This document shows, piece after piece, positions 28,715 to 39,635 of a DNA stretch of 64,000 nucleotides (position 1 is the stretch's first letter; each line of letters begins with the position of its first letter). This stretch comes from Candidatus Atribacter allofermentans (GTDB lineage Bacteria; Atribacterota; Atribacteria; Atribacterales; Atribacteraceae). The translations under genes and the position numbers were made by a program. The stretch is from NCBI GenBank assembly GCA_002069605.1, contig MWBQ01000021.1, forward strand, positions 55,818 through 119,817. Direction: 5' to 3'. Under the pieces are notes generated by a model. It was given only the letters and a program-made list of their open reading frames with translations, ran no database searches and was not told the DNA's origin.

Positions 28715-28855
28715 GACATGAAACCCAACGGGAATTACGTTGGATTTCAAAAAAACCAAATTTCTCGTAAAATAGGAATCTTATCACTACTATATTTTAT
28801 CGTAATAAAATTTATAGTGTTAAAATATTAATCTAACCACTATAGATATTTTATG

Positions 28856-29764
28856 TCAAGTAAGGTTTTCTGTAAACCCTTTTTGGTCGGCAATTTTTTC
28901 AATTTCATTTAATCGGCGGTGAACTTCTGATTTGGAAAGAGGTGGATTACAAAGGTCACCAATTTCACGTAATGAAGAACAAGGATTTTCTAAACGTAAT
29001 CTGGCAATTTCTTGAAGATGGAAAGGTAAGTCATCAAAATCAAGAACTTGTATCTTTTTTCTTTGCCGCGATGAAGATGCGACAATTTTGTTTAAATTAG
29101 CAGTTTCGTAATTAACCCAGCGGGTAATTTCATTAATTGTTGATTTTTCTACCATAATTTTTTCCATTTCGAGGTAACTTTGATGGGCTCCCAGGAAACG
29201 GATAAAATCAGCTATTAATTGAGAATTTTTTAAATAGAGATTAATATCTCCTTTAACCGTACGGGAGCGAAAATCAAACTGGAGATTGTGAAGATATTTT
29301 AGAATGTAATGAGCAAGTTTTTCCGAATTGAACTGTATTTCCAAGTGATATCCCCTCATGGGATTGCTTATATATCCCCGTGATTCAAAAACTCCTCTTA
29401 AAAAATGTGCTGCTAACTTCTGATTTAAATAGTTGCTTAGGATGTTAACATCCTGAAAACCAAATTGATCGAGCATGATATTGGTAACGCTAAAATCGAA
29501 ACAGTAAAATATACCTCCTGGAATTCCCCTTCTCTCTTGGACACTAATTGTATGGGAAGAATGAGGGAAAAGGCTTTTTTTATGGGTGACACATTTTTTA
29601 ATCAAAGCTGGATGGCGGCTGGAGAAAAGTAAAAGAAGCTCGTGGGAATGTTTTTTTATCACTGCACCAGTTCTAATCAATCCAATAAATTCACTCATGA
29701 CTTCATCTTTATTCTGTGGTTGAATGGTAAATAGCTCGGTTTTTAAGCTTTCTTGAAAGTTCAT
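28856..29764 (-). CDS. whiA: DNA-binding protein WhiA
   Basis: 302-aa ORF with a degenerate LAGLIDADG-like fold signature (FLRGVFESRGYISNP) and a C-terminal HTH. ATGA overlap with the uvrC stop. Confidence 0.85.
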   Translation of the reverse strand: MNFQESLKTELFTIQPQNKDEVMSEFIGLIRTGAVIKKHSHELLLLFSSRHPALIKKCVTHKKSLFPHSSHTISVQERRGIPGGIFYCFDFSVTNIMLDQFGFQDVNILSNYLNQKLAAHFLRGVFESRGYISNPMRGYHLEIQFNSEKLAHYILKYLHNLQFDFRSRTVKGDINLYLKNSQLIADFIRFLGAHQSYLEMEKIMVEKSTINEITRWVNYETANLNKIVASSSRQRKKIQVLDFDDLPFHLQEIARLRLENPCSSLREIGDLCNPPLSKSEVHRRLNEIEKIADQKGFTENLT

Positions 29765-31620
29765 GAAGAAGTGATTCCCTCTTTTCCGGCAAGCATATTT
29801 TTTTGGCTGATTTTTTTTTGGATTTTAATAATACTTTGGGAGGGTATTTTTAGTTGACGGGATAATTCTTGGGGAGAATAATTTAAAATTTGGGTCAGAT
29901 TGTCAAAAGCTGAAAGGACGACCTGTTTCCGTTGAGGACCAATTCCCGGTATATCGTCCAAAAGGGAGGAAAACATTTTTTTATTTCTTCTCACCCGATG
30001 AAAGGTGATAACAAATCGATGCACTTCATTGCGAATTCTTTGGAGGAACTGGAGAGAAGAATTTTCGGGTGGAAGACGGAGCGAAATACTTTTTCCAGGA
30101 AAGAAAATTTCTTCATTTTCTTTTGCTAAAGAAAGAACAGGAATAGTTAAGGAAAATTTCTGTAAAACTTTGAGTGCGCTATTCAATTGGCCGATACCCC
30201 CATCAATAACCAAAAGGTTGGGTAACTCGGTTTGGTTCTGAATTAATTTATTGAAATGTCGGGTAAGAGTTTCTTCAATCATAGCAAAATCATCGGGATG
30301 ATCGGCTTCTCGGATGATATATTTCCGATACCTTTTCTTTAGTGGTAAGCCATCGAAAAAAGCAACGACAGCCCCTACCGATTCATCACCCTGAAAGGTT
30401 GAAATATCTACTCCTTCAATCAGACGAGGTAAGGCAGGAAGTGAAAGAAGGTTCTTTAATTCATGGAGTAGGTGTTGATGATCCAGATTTTGGCGAAGGG
30501 CTTTAATTTTTTCTAATTGAAGATTTTTTTGGGCGTTTTCTTGGGCAAAATGGAGAAGATCGAGCTCGGATGTATTGCGAGGTAATTCAATGATGCTTGA
30601 GTAACCCTTTTCTTTAATTCTTTCCTGGAGATTACGATTATAATCAAATTGGACACAAATTTTTGTTGGTGGGTTGAAGTGATCAAGATAAAAATTTTCA
30701 ATAAATTCATTTAATATATAGTTCCGATCAGCGTTTTCCTCTCCTTGAGCATGGAAATTTTCGATTCCAATCAACCTTCCTTTTCTCACCTTAACGACAA
30801 CTAAACTGGCCAGATTGGATTCATTTTCCAATTCAATAAAGTCAACATCAGAACTGTCAGGAAGGACTAGCCGGTATCGCCCAATAATTTTAAGGAGACA
30901 GTCGAGACGATCTCGGAATTGAATCGCCTTTTCAAAATCCTGCTGATCGGCGGCTTTCCACATTTCTTCCTCTAACCAGTTGGTAACCTCCAAATAATCT
31001 CCTTCTAAAAATGACCGAGCTTTTTTTACTTTATCTTGATACTCTGAAGGGCTGCCTTTCCAAACGCAAGGAGCACAACATAATTTCAATTCGTAGTCAA
31101 GACAAGAGCGTTTCAAAGGAAAACGAGATTCAGGAATTGAACAACCGCGAAGAAGAAAGATTTGTCGGAGAATTTTCAGCCCATCACGAGCTTTTTTTGA
31201 ATTGGTATACGGTCCATAAAAATATCCTGGTTTTGCCGTTTTGCGTCGGGCTATTTTAACCGCTGGAAAATCACCTCGAGCATCGAAATGAATATAGGGA
31301 TAACTTTTATCGTCTTTCATCCGGATGTTATAGTGAGGTTGGTAGGTTTTAATCAGCTCTTCTTCAAGAAGAAGAGCTTCGGCTTCATCTCTGGTGAGGA
31401 TGAACTGAATAGTGGTAATTTCTTCAGCCATGTCTCGCTTGAGAGGAGATGCAGAGTCACCCTGTAAATGATTTCGAACCCGGTTTTGGATATTAATGGC
31501 TTTCCCAATATAAATAATTTGGTGATTTTGATTACAGAGAATATATACACCACAGCTGGTTGGTAATTCCTGAAGGGAATTTCGAGTGGTTTCAGACCTG
31601 ACAAAATTCTTTTCGCTCAA
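29761..31620 (-). CDS. uvrC: Excinuclease ABC subunit C
   Basis: 619-aa ORF with an N-terminal GIY-YIG domain (GVYILCNQNHQIIYIGKA...NR), UVR domain, endonuclease V-like domain and C-terminal (HhH)2. 29-nt overlap with uvrA. Confidence 0.93.
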   Translation of the reverse strand: MSEKNFVRSETTRNSLQELPTSCGVYILCNQNHQIIYIGKAINIQNRVRNHLQGDSASPLKRDMAEEITTIQFILTRDEAEALLLEEELIKTYQPHYNIRMKDDKSYPYIHFDARGDFPAVKIARRKTAKPGYFYGPYTNSKKARDGLKILRQIFLLRGCSIPESRFPLKRSCLDYELKLCCAPCVWKGSPSEYQDKVKKARSFLEGDYLEVTNWLEEEMWKAADQQDFEKAIQFRDRLDCLLKIIGRYRLVLPDSSDVDFIELENESNLASLVVVKVRKGRLIGIENFHAQGEENADRNYILNEFIENFYLDHFNPPTKICVQFDYNRNLQERIKEKGYSSIIELPRNTSELDLLHFAQENAQKNLQLEKIKALRQNLDHQHLLHELKNLLSLPALPRLIEGVDISTFQGDESVGAVVAFFDGLPLKKRYRKYIIREADHPDDFAMIEETLTRHFNKLIQNQTELPNLLVIDGGIGQLNSALKVLQKFSLTIPVLSLAKENEEIFFPGKSISLRLPPENSSLQFLQRIRNEVHRFVITFHRVRRNKKMFSSLLDDIPGIGPQRKQVVLSAFDNLTQILNYSPQELSRQLKIPSQSIIKIQKKISQKNMLAGKEGITSS

Positions 31621-34402
31621 TCTTTAATACCTCCCTAAGGTAAAAACCAGTATACGAAGCAGGATTGGAGGCGACTTCTTCTGGAGTTCCTTCAGCAACT
31701 AGCTGACCTCCCTGGTCTCCACCTTCTGGTCCCAAATCGACCAAATAATCGCAACATTTAATGACATCCATATTGTGCTCGATGATCAAGATACTATTTC
31801 CCCGTCGGCGTAATTCCAAAAGAACGTCGAGTAGTTTTTCGACATCGGCAAAATGAAGACCAGTAGTCGGTTCATCGAGAAGATAAAGAGTTCTTCCGGT
31901 GGCAATCTTACTCAGCTCTTTGGTTAGCTTAATGCGCTGAGCTTCTCCACCTGAGAGTGTGGTTGCCGATTGTCCTAGTTTGATATACCCAAGTCCGACT
32001 CGTTGAAGAACAGCTAATTTCCGGCGTACAACTGGAATATTTTCAAAAAAGACCGCTGCTTCATCAACACTCATATCGAGTATTTCGGCAATATTTTTTC
32101 CCTTAAAGGTTACATCCAAAGTTTCTCGAGCATATCGCTTTCCTTTACAATATTCACAGGTTACAAAAACATCGGGAAGAAAATGCATCTCAAATTTAAT
32201 AACACCATTTCCCTGACAAGCTTCACAACGACCACCCTTCACATTAAAACTGAAGCGTCCTGGTCGATAACCACGGGCTTTGGATTCGGGGAGTTGGGCA
32301 AAGAGATTCCGAATTTCAGTAAAAATTCCGGTATAGGTAGCAGGATTGGAACGGGGGGTTCTCCCAATCGGGGATTGGTCAATAACGATCACCTTGTCGA
32401 TAGATTCAATACCTTCAATGGTATCGTGATCACCTGGTTCGGCAAGGGAATGATAAAAAATCCGAGAAAGAGATCGATAAAGCACGTCTTCCATGAGAGT
32501 GCTTTTTCCCGAACCCGATACACCAGTGAGTCCCACCATGACCCCTAAAGGAATTTTCACATCAATATTTTTTAAATTATTGGCTCGAGCACCACGAATA
32601 ACTAACCATTCTTGGGGATTTTTTCTCTCCAAGGGAATTGGTATTTCCTTTTTCCCGCTAAGGTATTGTCCGGTAAGACTCTTTTGGTTACACATTATTT
32701 CCACTGGGGTTCCAATTGCGATTACTTCTCCTCCCTTTTCTCCAGCTCCTGGCCCCATATCGATTAAATAATCAGAATTTTTCATGGTTTCAGCGTCATG
32801 TTCAACGACAATGACTGTATTTCCCAAGTCCCGTAATCTTTTTAAAGTTTGAATCAGCTTCTGGTTGTCGCGGGGATGAAGACCAATGGTTGGTTCATCG
32901 AGAACATAAAGTACCCCAACCAAACCTGAACCAATTTGGGTAGCCAGCCGAATACGCTGAGATTCTCCTCCGGAGAGCGTCATGGCCGAACGGCTGAGGG
33001 TGAGATAACTTAAACCAACTTCCACCAAAAAGTGAAGCCGGGCTTGAATTTCTCTTAGTAAAGTGGCAGCAATAAGCTCATCTTGTTTTGAGAGTTTTAG
33101 TGTAATAAAGAAGTTTTCCAAATCACCTATAGTATATCGAGAAAGATCGCCAATTGATTGATTTTGAATTTTTACCGAAAGACTTTCGGGACGAAGTCGA
33201 TTGCCCTGACAAGACGGGCAATTTCGTGTCGCCATAAAACGAGCTACCTCATCCATTTCCCACCAGCTTTCGGCAGCCTTCATGCGCTTCTCTAAATAAC
33301 TGATTATTCCATCTCCATCTTCGTCTCCATAAAGGATTAATTGTCGATCATTTTCGGATAAATTTTGAAAGGGAACTTTAAAAGCAATGCCTTTATCCCG
33401 AAGGAAACGCTTGATTTTGTTCATGGAGTAATGATTTTCGTCATATCTGTTCCAGGGGATTATGGCTCCTTGGTCTAAAGATTTAGACCAGTCAGGGATG
33501 ACCAAACCGGGATCGATGAAATTTAAAATTCCAAGGCCACTACAATCGGGACAGGCTCCATAAGGATTGTTAAAGGAAAACATTCGAGGGGTTACCTCAG
33601 GAAAACTTATTCCACAATCGGGACAGGCAAAATGTTCACTAAATATTCGCTCTTCCATTTGCATACCATCAGCTACCAACCCAATTTTAACCAGTCCTTT
33701 TCCATAACGAAGGGCAATTTCGATTGAATCGGCGAGTCGGCGTTGTTCTTCGGAACTGGTGGTGAGTCGATCAACCACCAGGTCAATGTTATGTTTTTTA
33801 TTTCGATCCAAATTCAATGAATCCCAATCTTCCAATTCAATTAATTCTCCATCTACCAAGGACCGAGCAAATCCATTTTTCAGCATGTCGTTGAGGAGTT
33901 TTTTATATTCTCCTTTTCGCCCTCGAACCAATGGAGCAAGAATTACAATGCGGGTTCCATCAGGGTAAGAAAGGATTTCATCAACGATTTGCTGGATAGT
34001 CTGACGGGCTATGGGTTTTCCACACTGAGGACAAAATACTTTTCCACAGCGACTGAAAAGAACTCTCATATAATCGTAGATTTCAGTTACGGTACCGACC
34101 GTTGACCGTGGATTGTGAGAGGAAGCCTTTTGATTAATGGCAATAGCTGGCGATAATCCTTCGATTAAATCGACATCCGGTTTTTCCATTTTTTCCAAAA
34201 ATTGCCGAGCATAGGACGAAAGGGATTCTAAATAACGACGCTGTCCTTCAGCGAATATGGTATCGAACGCCAGTGAGGACTTTCCTGATCCACTCAATCC
34301 AGTTATAACCACCAGTTTATGGTGGGGGATTTCAATATCGATATTTTTTAAATTATGTTCACGTGCACCCTTAATCAGCAAAGAATTTATCAATACAATC
34401 AC
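31592..34402 (-). CDS. uvrA: Excinuclease ABC subunit A
   Basis: 936-aa ORF with two ABC modules (GLSGSGKSSLAFDT, GVSGSGKSTL; LSGGESQR, LSGGEAQR) and zinc-finger Cys clusters. Confidence 0.96.
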   Translation of the reverse strand: MIVLINSLLIKGAREHNLKNIDIEIPHHKLVVITGLSGSGKSSLAFDTIFAEGQRRYLESLSSYARQFLEKMEKPDVDLIEGLSPAIAINQKASSHNPRSTVGTVTEIYDYMRVLFSRCGKVFCPQCGKPIARQTIQQIVDEILSYPDGTRIVILAPLVRGRKGEYKKLLNDMLKNGFARSLVDGELIELEDWDSLNLDRNKKHNIDLVVDRLTTSSEEQRRLADSIEIALRYGKGLVKIGLVADGMQMEERIFSEHFACPDCGISFPEVTPRMFSFNNPYGACPDCSGLGILNFIDPGLVIPDWSKSLDQGAIIPWNRYDENHYSMNKIKRFLRDKGIAFKVPFQNLSENDRQLILYGDEDGDGIISYLEKRMKAAESWWEMDEVARFMATRNCPSCQGNRLRPESLSVKIQNQSIGDLSRYTIGDLENFFITLKLSKQDELIAATLLREIQARLHFLVEVGLSYLTLSRSAMTLSGGESQRIRLATQIGSGLVGVLYVLDEPTIGLHPRDNQKLIQTLKRLRDLGNTVIVVEHDAETMKNSDYLIDMGPGAGEKGGEVIAIGTPVEIMCNQKSLTGQYLSGKKEIPIPLERKNPQEWLVIRGARANNLKNIDVKIPLGVMVGLTGVSGSGKSTLMEDVLYRSLSRIFYHSLAEPGDHDTIEGIESIDKVIVIDQSPIGRTPRSNPATYTGIFTEIRNLFAQLPESKARGYRPGRFSFNVKGGRCEACQGNGVIKFEMHFLPDVFVTCEYCKGKRYARETLDVTFKGKNIAEILDMSVDEAAVFFENIPVVRRKLAVLQRVGLGYIKLGQSATTLSGGEAQRIKLTKELSKIATGRTLYLLDEPTTGLHFADVEKLLDVLLELRRRGNSILIIEHNMDVIKCCDYLVDLGPEGGDQGGQLVAEGTPEEVASNPASYTGFYLREVLKIERKEFCQV

Positions 34403-34439
34403 CTTTTGGCTTCAGTTTAGTCTTTTTCGTTGATTTCGT

Positions 34440-36560
34440 TCAATTTGAATGAGATTTACCACTTATCCGAGAGGCAGTTTTTTGTTGATTGCGGATATTT
34501 TTTTGATCGGTTTGGAAAACGGTTTTTTTTATTCGTATCAACTCATCACGAATCAACGCTGCTTTTTCAAATTCAAGATTTTTTGCAGCCTTTTTCATTT
34601 CCTGGGTAAGCTTTTCAATGAGGTCTTCTTCAGCTACTCGATCAGTTTCTAACTGATCGAGCTGGTAAAGGGTATTTTCGGCTTCTGGAGAGAGCCCAAC
34701 CATTTCCGGGATCAAGGTCCGTACTTCTTTAATTATCGATTCCGGAGTGATGTGATGAGTCCGATTGTATTCTAATTGGGTTTTTCTTCTCCTTTCGGTT
34801 TCCTGCATCGCTCTTTCCAAGGATCCAGTCAGTCGATCAGCATAGAGAATTGCCCGACCTTTTATGTTCCGAGCTGCTCTCCCAATGGTTTGAATCAATG
34901 AGACCTCCGATCGAAGAAATCCTTCTTTATCGGCGTCGAGAACAGCTACTAAAGCAACTTCGGGTAGATCCAGTCCCTCTCGTAGAAGATTGATACCCAC
35001 TAAAACATCGAACTCTCCTGCACGTAAATCTCGAATGATTCGAGCTCTTTCGATGGTTTCAATTTCGGAATGGAGATATCGCACTTTGATTCCCAAATTG
35101 AAAAGGTAGTCACTGAGGTCTTCAGCACTCCTTTTGGTTAAGGTCGTTACCAAAACTCTCTCTCCGGATTGAATGACTGGTTTGATTTCTTGATAAAGGT
35201 CCTCAACTTGGCCGGTTGCCGGACGAACTATAATTTCAGGATCAATCAATCCAGTAGGACGAATTAACTGTTCAACAATTAGATCGCTTTTTTGGTATTC
35301 GTAAGTTCCTGGCGTTGCCGAAACATAAATAACGTATCCTAATTTTGCCTCAAATTCTTCAAAAGAAAGTGGACGATTGTCAAAACAAGAAGGAAGACGA
35401 AAGCCAAAGTCAACCAAGGCTTTTTTTCGAGACCGGTCACCGGCTAACATTCCGTGGATTTGAGGAATGGCAACATGAGATTCGTCAATGAATAATAGAA
35501 AATCTCGAGGAAAATAATCGATAAGTGTATAAGGTGGTTCCCCGGGTCTTCTTCCATCTAAGTGGCGGGAATAATTTTCAATTCCTGAACAGTAGAAGGT
35601 TTCTCTCAGCATTTCCAAGTCATAACGGGTTCTTCTTTCTAAACGGTCAGCTTCAACCAGTTTTCCTTGGGAAAGAAAACTCTTGAGCTGATCCTGTAAT
35701 TCCAGTTCGATATTTCTCAAGGCTAAATCGAATTGGTCCCGGTCGACAAGATAATGTTTAGCCGGATAAACGAAAATCTCTGACAGTTTATTTAAAGTTT
35801 TTCCACTCACCGGCTCAAAAATTTTTATACATTCGACTTGGTTCCCCCAAAATTCAAAACGCAGAGCTGATTCACTATAGGCTGGATAAACCTCTATAGT
35901 ATCCCCTTTCATTCGAAAGCAACCGGAAATAAACTCGATTTCATTCCTTTCGTAAAGCAAGTCAACCAAGCGATGGGCAAATTCATCTCGATTCCAGGTA
36001 TCATTCACCCTGACAGGGAAGATTCTCTTACGATATTCCTCCGGGGAACCGATGCCGTAAATACAGGACACCGAAGCGACTACCACGACATCATTCCGTT
36101 CCATAAGAGCACTGGTGGCTGATAATCGAAGCCGATCGATTTGCTCATTAATAGATGCATCTTTTTCGATGTAAAGATCCTGTGCAGGAACGTAAGCTTC
36201 TGGTTGATAATAATCGTAATAACTCACAAAGTATTCTACGGCATTATTGGGGAAAAAAGCTTTCATTTCACTATAAAGCTGTGCTGCTAATGTCTTGTTT
36301 GGTGAGATAATAAGGGTTGGCCGTTGGTAATGTTCGATTACATTGGCCATAGTGAAAGTTTTTCCCGATCCGGTAACACCTAATAAAGTTTGAAACCGGC
36401 ACTGGTTTGAAATACCTTTATTGAGATTTTCTATAGCCGTTGGTTGATCTCCCTGAGGCTGATAATCGGAAACTAATTGAAAGCGTCCTTTGGTTGGCAC
36501 AATATCACCCGGTTTTCCGATCGGATTGGATAAGTTTTTCAATGGGAAGCTGACAGACAA
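34440..36560 (-). CDS. uvrB: Excinuclease ABC subunit B
   Basis: 706-aa ORF with [17 protein letters not shown], helicase motif [11 protein letters not shown] and a C-terminal UVR domain. The ATG at 36560 overlaps coaE by 56 nt. An alternative GTG at 36500 lies 4 nt after the coaE stop and would give a more typical N-terminus. Confidence 0.93.
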   Translation of the reverse strand: MSVSFPLKNLSNPIGKPGDIVPTKGRFQLVSDYQPQGDQPTAIENLNKGISNQCRFQTLLGVTGSGKTFTMANVIEHYQRPTLIISPNKTLAAQLYSEMKAFFPNNAVEYFVSYYDYYQPEAYVPAQDLYIEKDASINEQIDRLRLSATSALMERNDVVVVASVSCIYGIGSPEEYRKRIFPVRVNDTWNRDEFAHRLVDLLYERNEIEFISGCFRMKGDTIEVYPAYSESALRFEFWGNQVECIKIFEPVSGKTLNKLSEIFVYPAKHYLVDRDQFDLALRNIELELQDQLKSFLSQGKLVEADRLERRTRYDLEMLRETFYCSGIENYSRHLDGRRPGEPPYTLIDYFPRDFLLFIDESHVAIPQIHGMLAGDRSRKKALVDFGFRLPSCFDNRPLSFEEFEAKLGYVIYVSATPGTYEYQKSDLIVEQLIRPTGLIDPEIIVRPATGQVEDLYQEIKPVIQSGERVLVTTLTKRSAEDLSDYLFNLGIKVRYLHSEIETIERARIIRDLRAGEFDVLVGINLLREGLDLPEVALVAVLDADKEGFLRSEVSLIQTIGRAARNIKGRAILYADRLTGSLERAMQETERRRKTQLEYNRTHHITPESIIKEVRTLIPEMVGLSPEAENTLYQLDQLETDRVAEEDLIEKLTQEMKKAAKNLEFEKAALIRDELIRIKKTVFQTDQKNIRNQQKTASRISGKSHSN

Positions 36561-37140
36561 AATTTATTTTTTGCTGAAGGTCTTCAGGTGTAGCACTATT
36601 CTCGATGATAATATGAGATCTTCGTCGTAAACAGGAAATAAATTTCTGACTTTTCATTCGAGAGCGGATGTCATCAGGAGACAATCCTTTTTGGGAAAGA
36701 CGGACTGATCTTTGCTCCTCGGGTGCTTCAACAAAAATTAAACAATCAACCAAGGGAATGAGTCCGGCCTCAAATAATATAGCACCATCGATAACAATCA
36801 TAGCCGAGGGAGGTTGGTGAAGAATAATTTTTTTTATTTCGTTTTTAAAAATGGGATGACTAATACGATTGAGCAGAAAAAGCAACCTCCAGCTTTTAAA
36901 AATCACTCTTCCCAGCTTTTTTCGCTGCAACTCTCCCTTTTGGTTTAAAAATCCTGAACCAAAAGCAAGAACCACTGCTTTCCATAACCGCCTTCCCTTT
37001 TGAGAGAGGTCATGAGATAAACGATCGAGGTCAATTATCATTGCGTTATGAGTACTAAATGAATGCGCTACCGACGATTTTCCTGAGCCGGTTGCTCCGC
37101 CAACTCCGATTATAGGAACCGATCTTTTTATTTTAATCAT
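36505..37140 (-). CDS. coaE: Dephospho-CoA kinase
   Basis: 211-aa ORF with P-loop [15 protein letters not shown] and CoaE-like layout. Confidence 0.85.
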   Translation of the reverse strand: MIKIKRSVPIIGVGGATGSGKSSVAHSFSTHNAMIIDLDRLSHDLSQKGRRLWKAVVLAFGSGFLNQKGELQRKKLGRVIFKSWRLLFLLNRISHPIFKNEIKKIILHQPPSAMIVIDGAILFEAGLIPLVDCLIFVEAPEEQRSVRLSQKGLSPDDIRSRMKSQKFISCLRRRSHIIIENSATPEDLQQKINFVCQLPIEKLIQSDRKTG

Positions 37141-37152
37141 ACGTAAATTTTA

Positions 37153-38577
37153 TTAACCCAAATAAATGTTGAGATATTCCTGAACCGGGATTTTCCAGGA
37201 AAAATCAGAATCCATAGCATTTTTGACCATGACTTTCCAAAGTTCAGGAGTATCATTATACCAGTTTAGTGCCCGCTCGAGGGTAAAAATAAATTCATCG
37301 GGACGATAATTATCAAATTGAAACCCATTGTTTAAAACTGGATTAAATCGGTAATCAATCACGGTATCAATGAGTCCACCGGTTTTTCTTACTACTGGGA
37401 TGGTTCCATATCTCATAGCAATCATCTGACTGATTCCACAAGGTTCAAAGCGAGAAGGCATTGCCAGCATATCCGATGCCCCATAAGCAAATCGGGCTAA
37501 ACTATTGTTGAAGGCCATTTCGACATGAAGGTTGGGATATTTTTTGGCATACTCGGTTAAGGAATTTTCATAAGCGGCTTCTCCAACTCCCAGGAAAAAC
37601 CAGCAAAGGGGGAGATTAAAGAACTTGTCTGGATCGTTCAGAATGAGATCTAACCCCTTTTGTTCAACTAATCGAGAAATAAAAGAAATCAAAGGGAATA
37701 AGGCATCCTTTTCTTTCAAGTCCGGGAAATACTGCTGGTAAAAAGCCAGTTTATTTTGTTTTTTTATTTCTAATTGACCGTTTGTATAAGGATAGGGAAG
37801 ATTTTTGTCGGTTGCTGGATTAAAAAGATCGGTATCAATTCCATTGACAATACCGATGATCGGTTTTCTTAGCCCAATAGCTCTTATTAGCCCATCTAAT
37901 CCCTCGCCACCCTCTGGCGTAGCTATTTCTCGAGCATAACTAGGGCTCACAGTGGTGATGACATCGGAGAAGACCAAACCGGCTTTTAAAAGATTTAAGT
38001 TACCGTAGAATTCTAAGTAATCATGAGTAAAAAAGTGACCAGGTAAATTGACAATTTTAAAAAGTTCACTACTTCCGATGCCTTGATAGGCTAAATTATG
38101 GATGGTGAAGATAACTTTTTTCGGTTTTTTCCGATAGGATGGCCAATACATTTTGGTGTAAGCACAGAGTAAAGCACTTTCCCAATCGTGACAATGAAGA
38201 ATGAAGGCTTCCTTTTGAGTTCTAACAATATACTCAAACACTGCTCGAGAGAAAAAAATGAAGCGCTTCAGATCATCACCAAAACCATACATTTTTTCCC
38301 GGTTAAAATAATCTTCACCTGCAACCGCTATGATTTGTAAGTTTTTCTCGTTCCGGGTGAGGTAGGAAGCCTTCACCATGCTCTCTCCAAAGGAAAAGGT
38401 GATATCTTGTTCCGGATTAAACTGAAATTCACTAAGAAGTGACGAATAGGCGGGTAAAAAAAGCTTTATTGAAAAATCATTATTCGGGAGGTATTTGGTG
38501 AGCGCTCCAACCACATCACCCATTCCTCCGCTTTTAGCAAAGGGATACGCTTCGCTGGATACCATGATGATGTCCAT
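37153..38577 (-). CDS. glgA: Glycogen/starch synthase (GT5)
   Basis: 474-aa ORF with N-terminus MVSSEAYPFAKSGGMGDVVGAL (the K-x-GG motif) and a GT-B C-terminal half. Confidence 0.9.
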   Translation of the reverse strand: MDIIMVSSEAYPFAKSGGMGDVVGALTKYLPNNDFSIKLFLPAYSSLLSEFQFNPEQDITFSFGESMVKASYLTRNEKNLQIIAVAGEDYFNREKMYGFGDDLKRFIFFSRAVFEYIVRTQKEAFILHCHDWESALLCAYTKMYWPSYRKKPKKVIFTIHNLAYQGIGSSELFKIVNLPGHFFTHDYLEFYGNLNLLKAGLVFSDVITTVSPSYAREIATPEGGEGLDGLIRAIGLRKPIIGIVNGIDTDLFNPATDKNLPYPYTNGQLEIKKQNKLAFYQQYFPDLKEKDALFPLISFISRLVEQKGLDLILNDPDKFFNLPLCWFFLGVGEAAYENSLTEYAKKYPNLHVEMAFNNSLARFAYGASDMLAMPSRFEPCGISQMIAMRYGTIPVVRKTGGLIDTVIDYRFNPVLNNGFQFDNYRPDEFIFTLERALNWYNDTPELWKVMVKNAMDSDFSWKIPVQEYLNIYLG

Positions 38578-38644
38578 TCATTGTCCTCCTGTTCCCCTCA
38601 ATTGATTAAAAATTGGGTTTAAATTATAATTCCTCCCCTCTTTT

Positions 38645-39562
38645 TTATTGGTTATTAGAAAAAAAAGGGAGAGTTTTTTGATAAATCTCATTTCTTTTTT
38701 TCATCAGTCTTTCCTTAAACCTAACCAATCCTAATTCGTCTAACAAGGTAAATAAAGATTTCCATTGGACCTGCTGAAAATTCCAAGACTGAAAATTGAT
38801 ATCGAGTGGTATGGTATCGATAATGGTAACCAACTGGAGGCTGAGTTCAACCTGTTCAATAAATTCCTGAATAGCTTTTTGGATTCGCACTGGAAGCTCG
38901 TCATGATGGTGCAGAATTCCCTGCCAATTGTGGTACCGTTTTAAAAGGTCAAGAGCGGTTTTCTCTCCAATACCGGGAAGTCCGGGAATATTATCGGAGG
39001 GATCACCCGTCAAAGCTATAAAATCGATTATCTGCTGAGGAGTTAATCCATACTGATCTATTAAAGTATTTTTATCAATTATTTTTAATTGAGTTACACC
39101 CTTTACTGGTTGAAGAAGAATAGTTTTTTCATTCACTAACTGCAACAAATCGAGATCTGATGAAACCATAGCGGTGGTGAATTGTTCTGGAATCTGGTGA
39201 CGAAGACTTCCGATTATATCGTCACCTTCAAATCCAGGAACTTCGATCCACTTCAAGCTAAAAGAATCAATTAAATCCTTGACTAACTGAACTTGGGGTA
39301 TTAACTCATCCGGCATTGGTTTCCGCTGGGCTTTGTATTCTTCGGTTAGCTGATGGCGAAAAGTTTTTTGAGGATGATCGAAAGTAGTAATCAGGGAGAA
39401 GGGGTTAAAATCCTCAATTAACCGAAGTAACATATTCCCAAATCCCAAAACTGCACCAGTTGGCTTACCTTGAGATGAGGTAAACCGTGGCATGGCATAA
39501 AAAGCCCTATAAATTAGCGAGCTTCCATCTAATAATAGTATTAAATTTTTTGAGGTTTCCAT
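38645..39562 (-). CDS. Stand-alone 5'-3' exonuclease / flap endonuclease (Pol I N-terminal domain homologue; no polymerase domain)
   Basis: 305-aa ORF: LILLLDGSSLIYRAFYA, ..EVPGFEGDDIIGS.., ..LTGDPSDNIPGLPGIGEKTA.. (5'-nuclease and H3TH motifs). The ORF ends after the nuclease domain. Confidence 0.88.
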   Translation of the reverse strand: METSKNLILLLDGSSLIYRAFYAMPRFTSSQGKPTGAVLGFGNMLLRLIEDFNPFSLITTFDHPQKTFRHQLTEEYKAQRKPMPDELIPQVQLVKDLIDSFSLKWIEVPGFEGDDIIGSLRHQIPEQFTTAMVSSDLDLLQLVNEKTILLQPVKGVTQLKIIDKNTLIDQYGLTPQQIIDFIALTGDPSDNIPGLPGIGEKTALDLLKRYHNWQGILHHHDELPVRIQKAIQEFIEQVELSLQLVTIIDTIPLDINFQSWNFQQVQWKSLFTLLDELGLVRFKERLMKKRNEIYQKTLPFFSNNQ

Positions 39563-39594
39563 GATTCACCCTTTTTTGTTCAAATAGAAACAGG

Positions 39595-39622
39595 TTGACA
39601 AAAGCATTGAATTGACTATAAT
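39595..39622 (+). promoter_or_regulatory. Consensus sigma-70 promoter of tRNA-Leu
   Basis: TTGACA (39595-39600), a 16-nt spacer, TATAAT (39617-39622). The mature tRNA 5' end is 14 nt downstream. Confidence 0.7.
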
Positions 39623-39635
39623 TTCTACAACGAGA

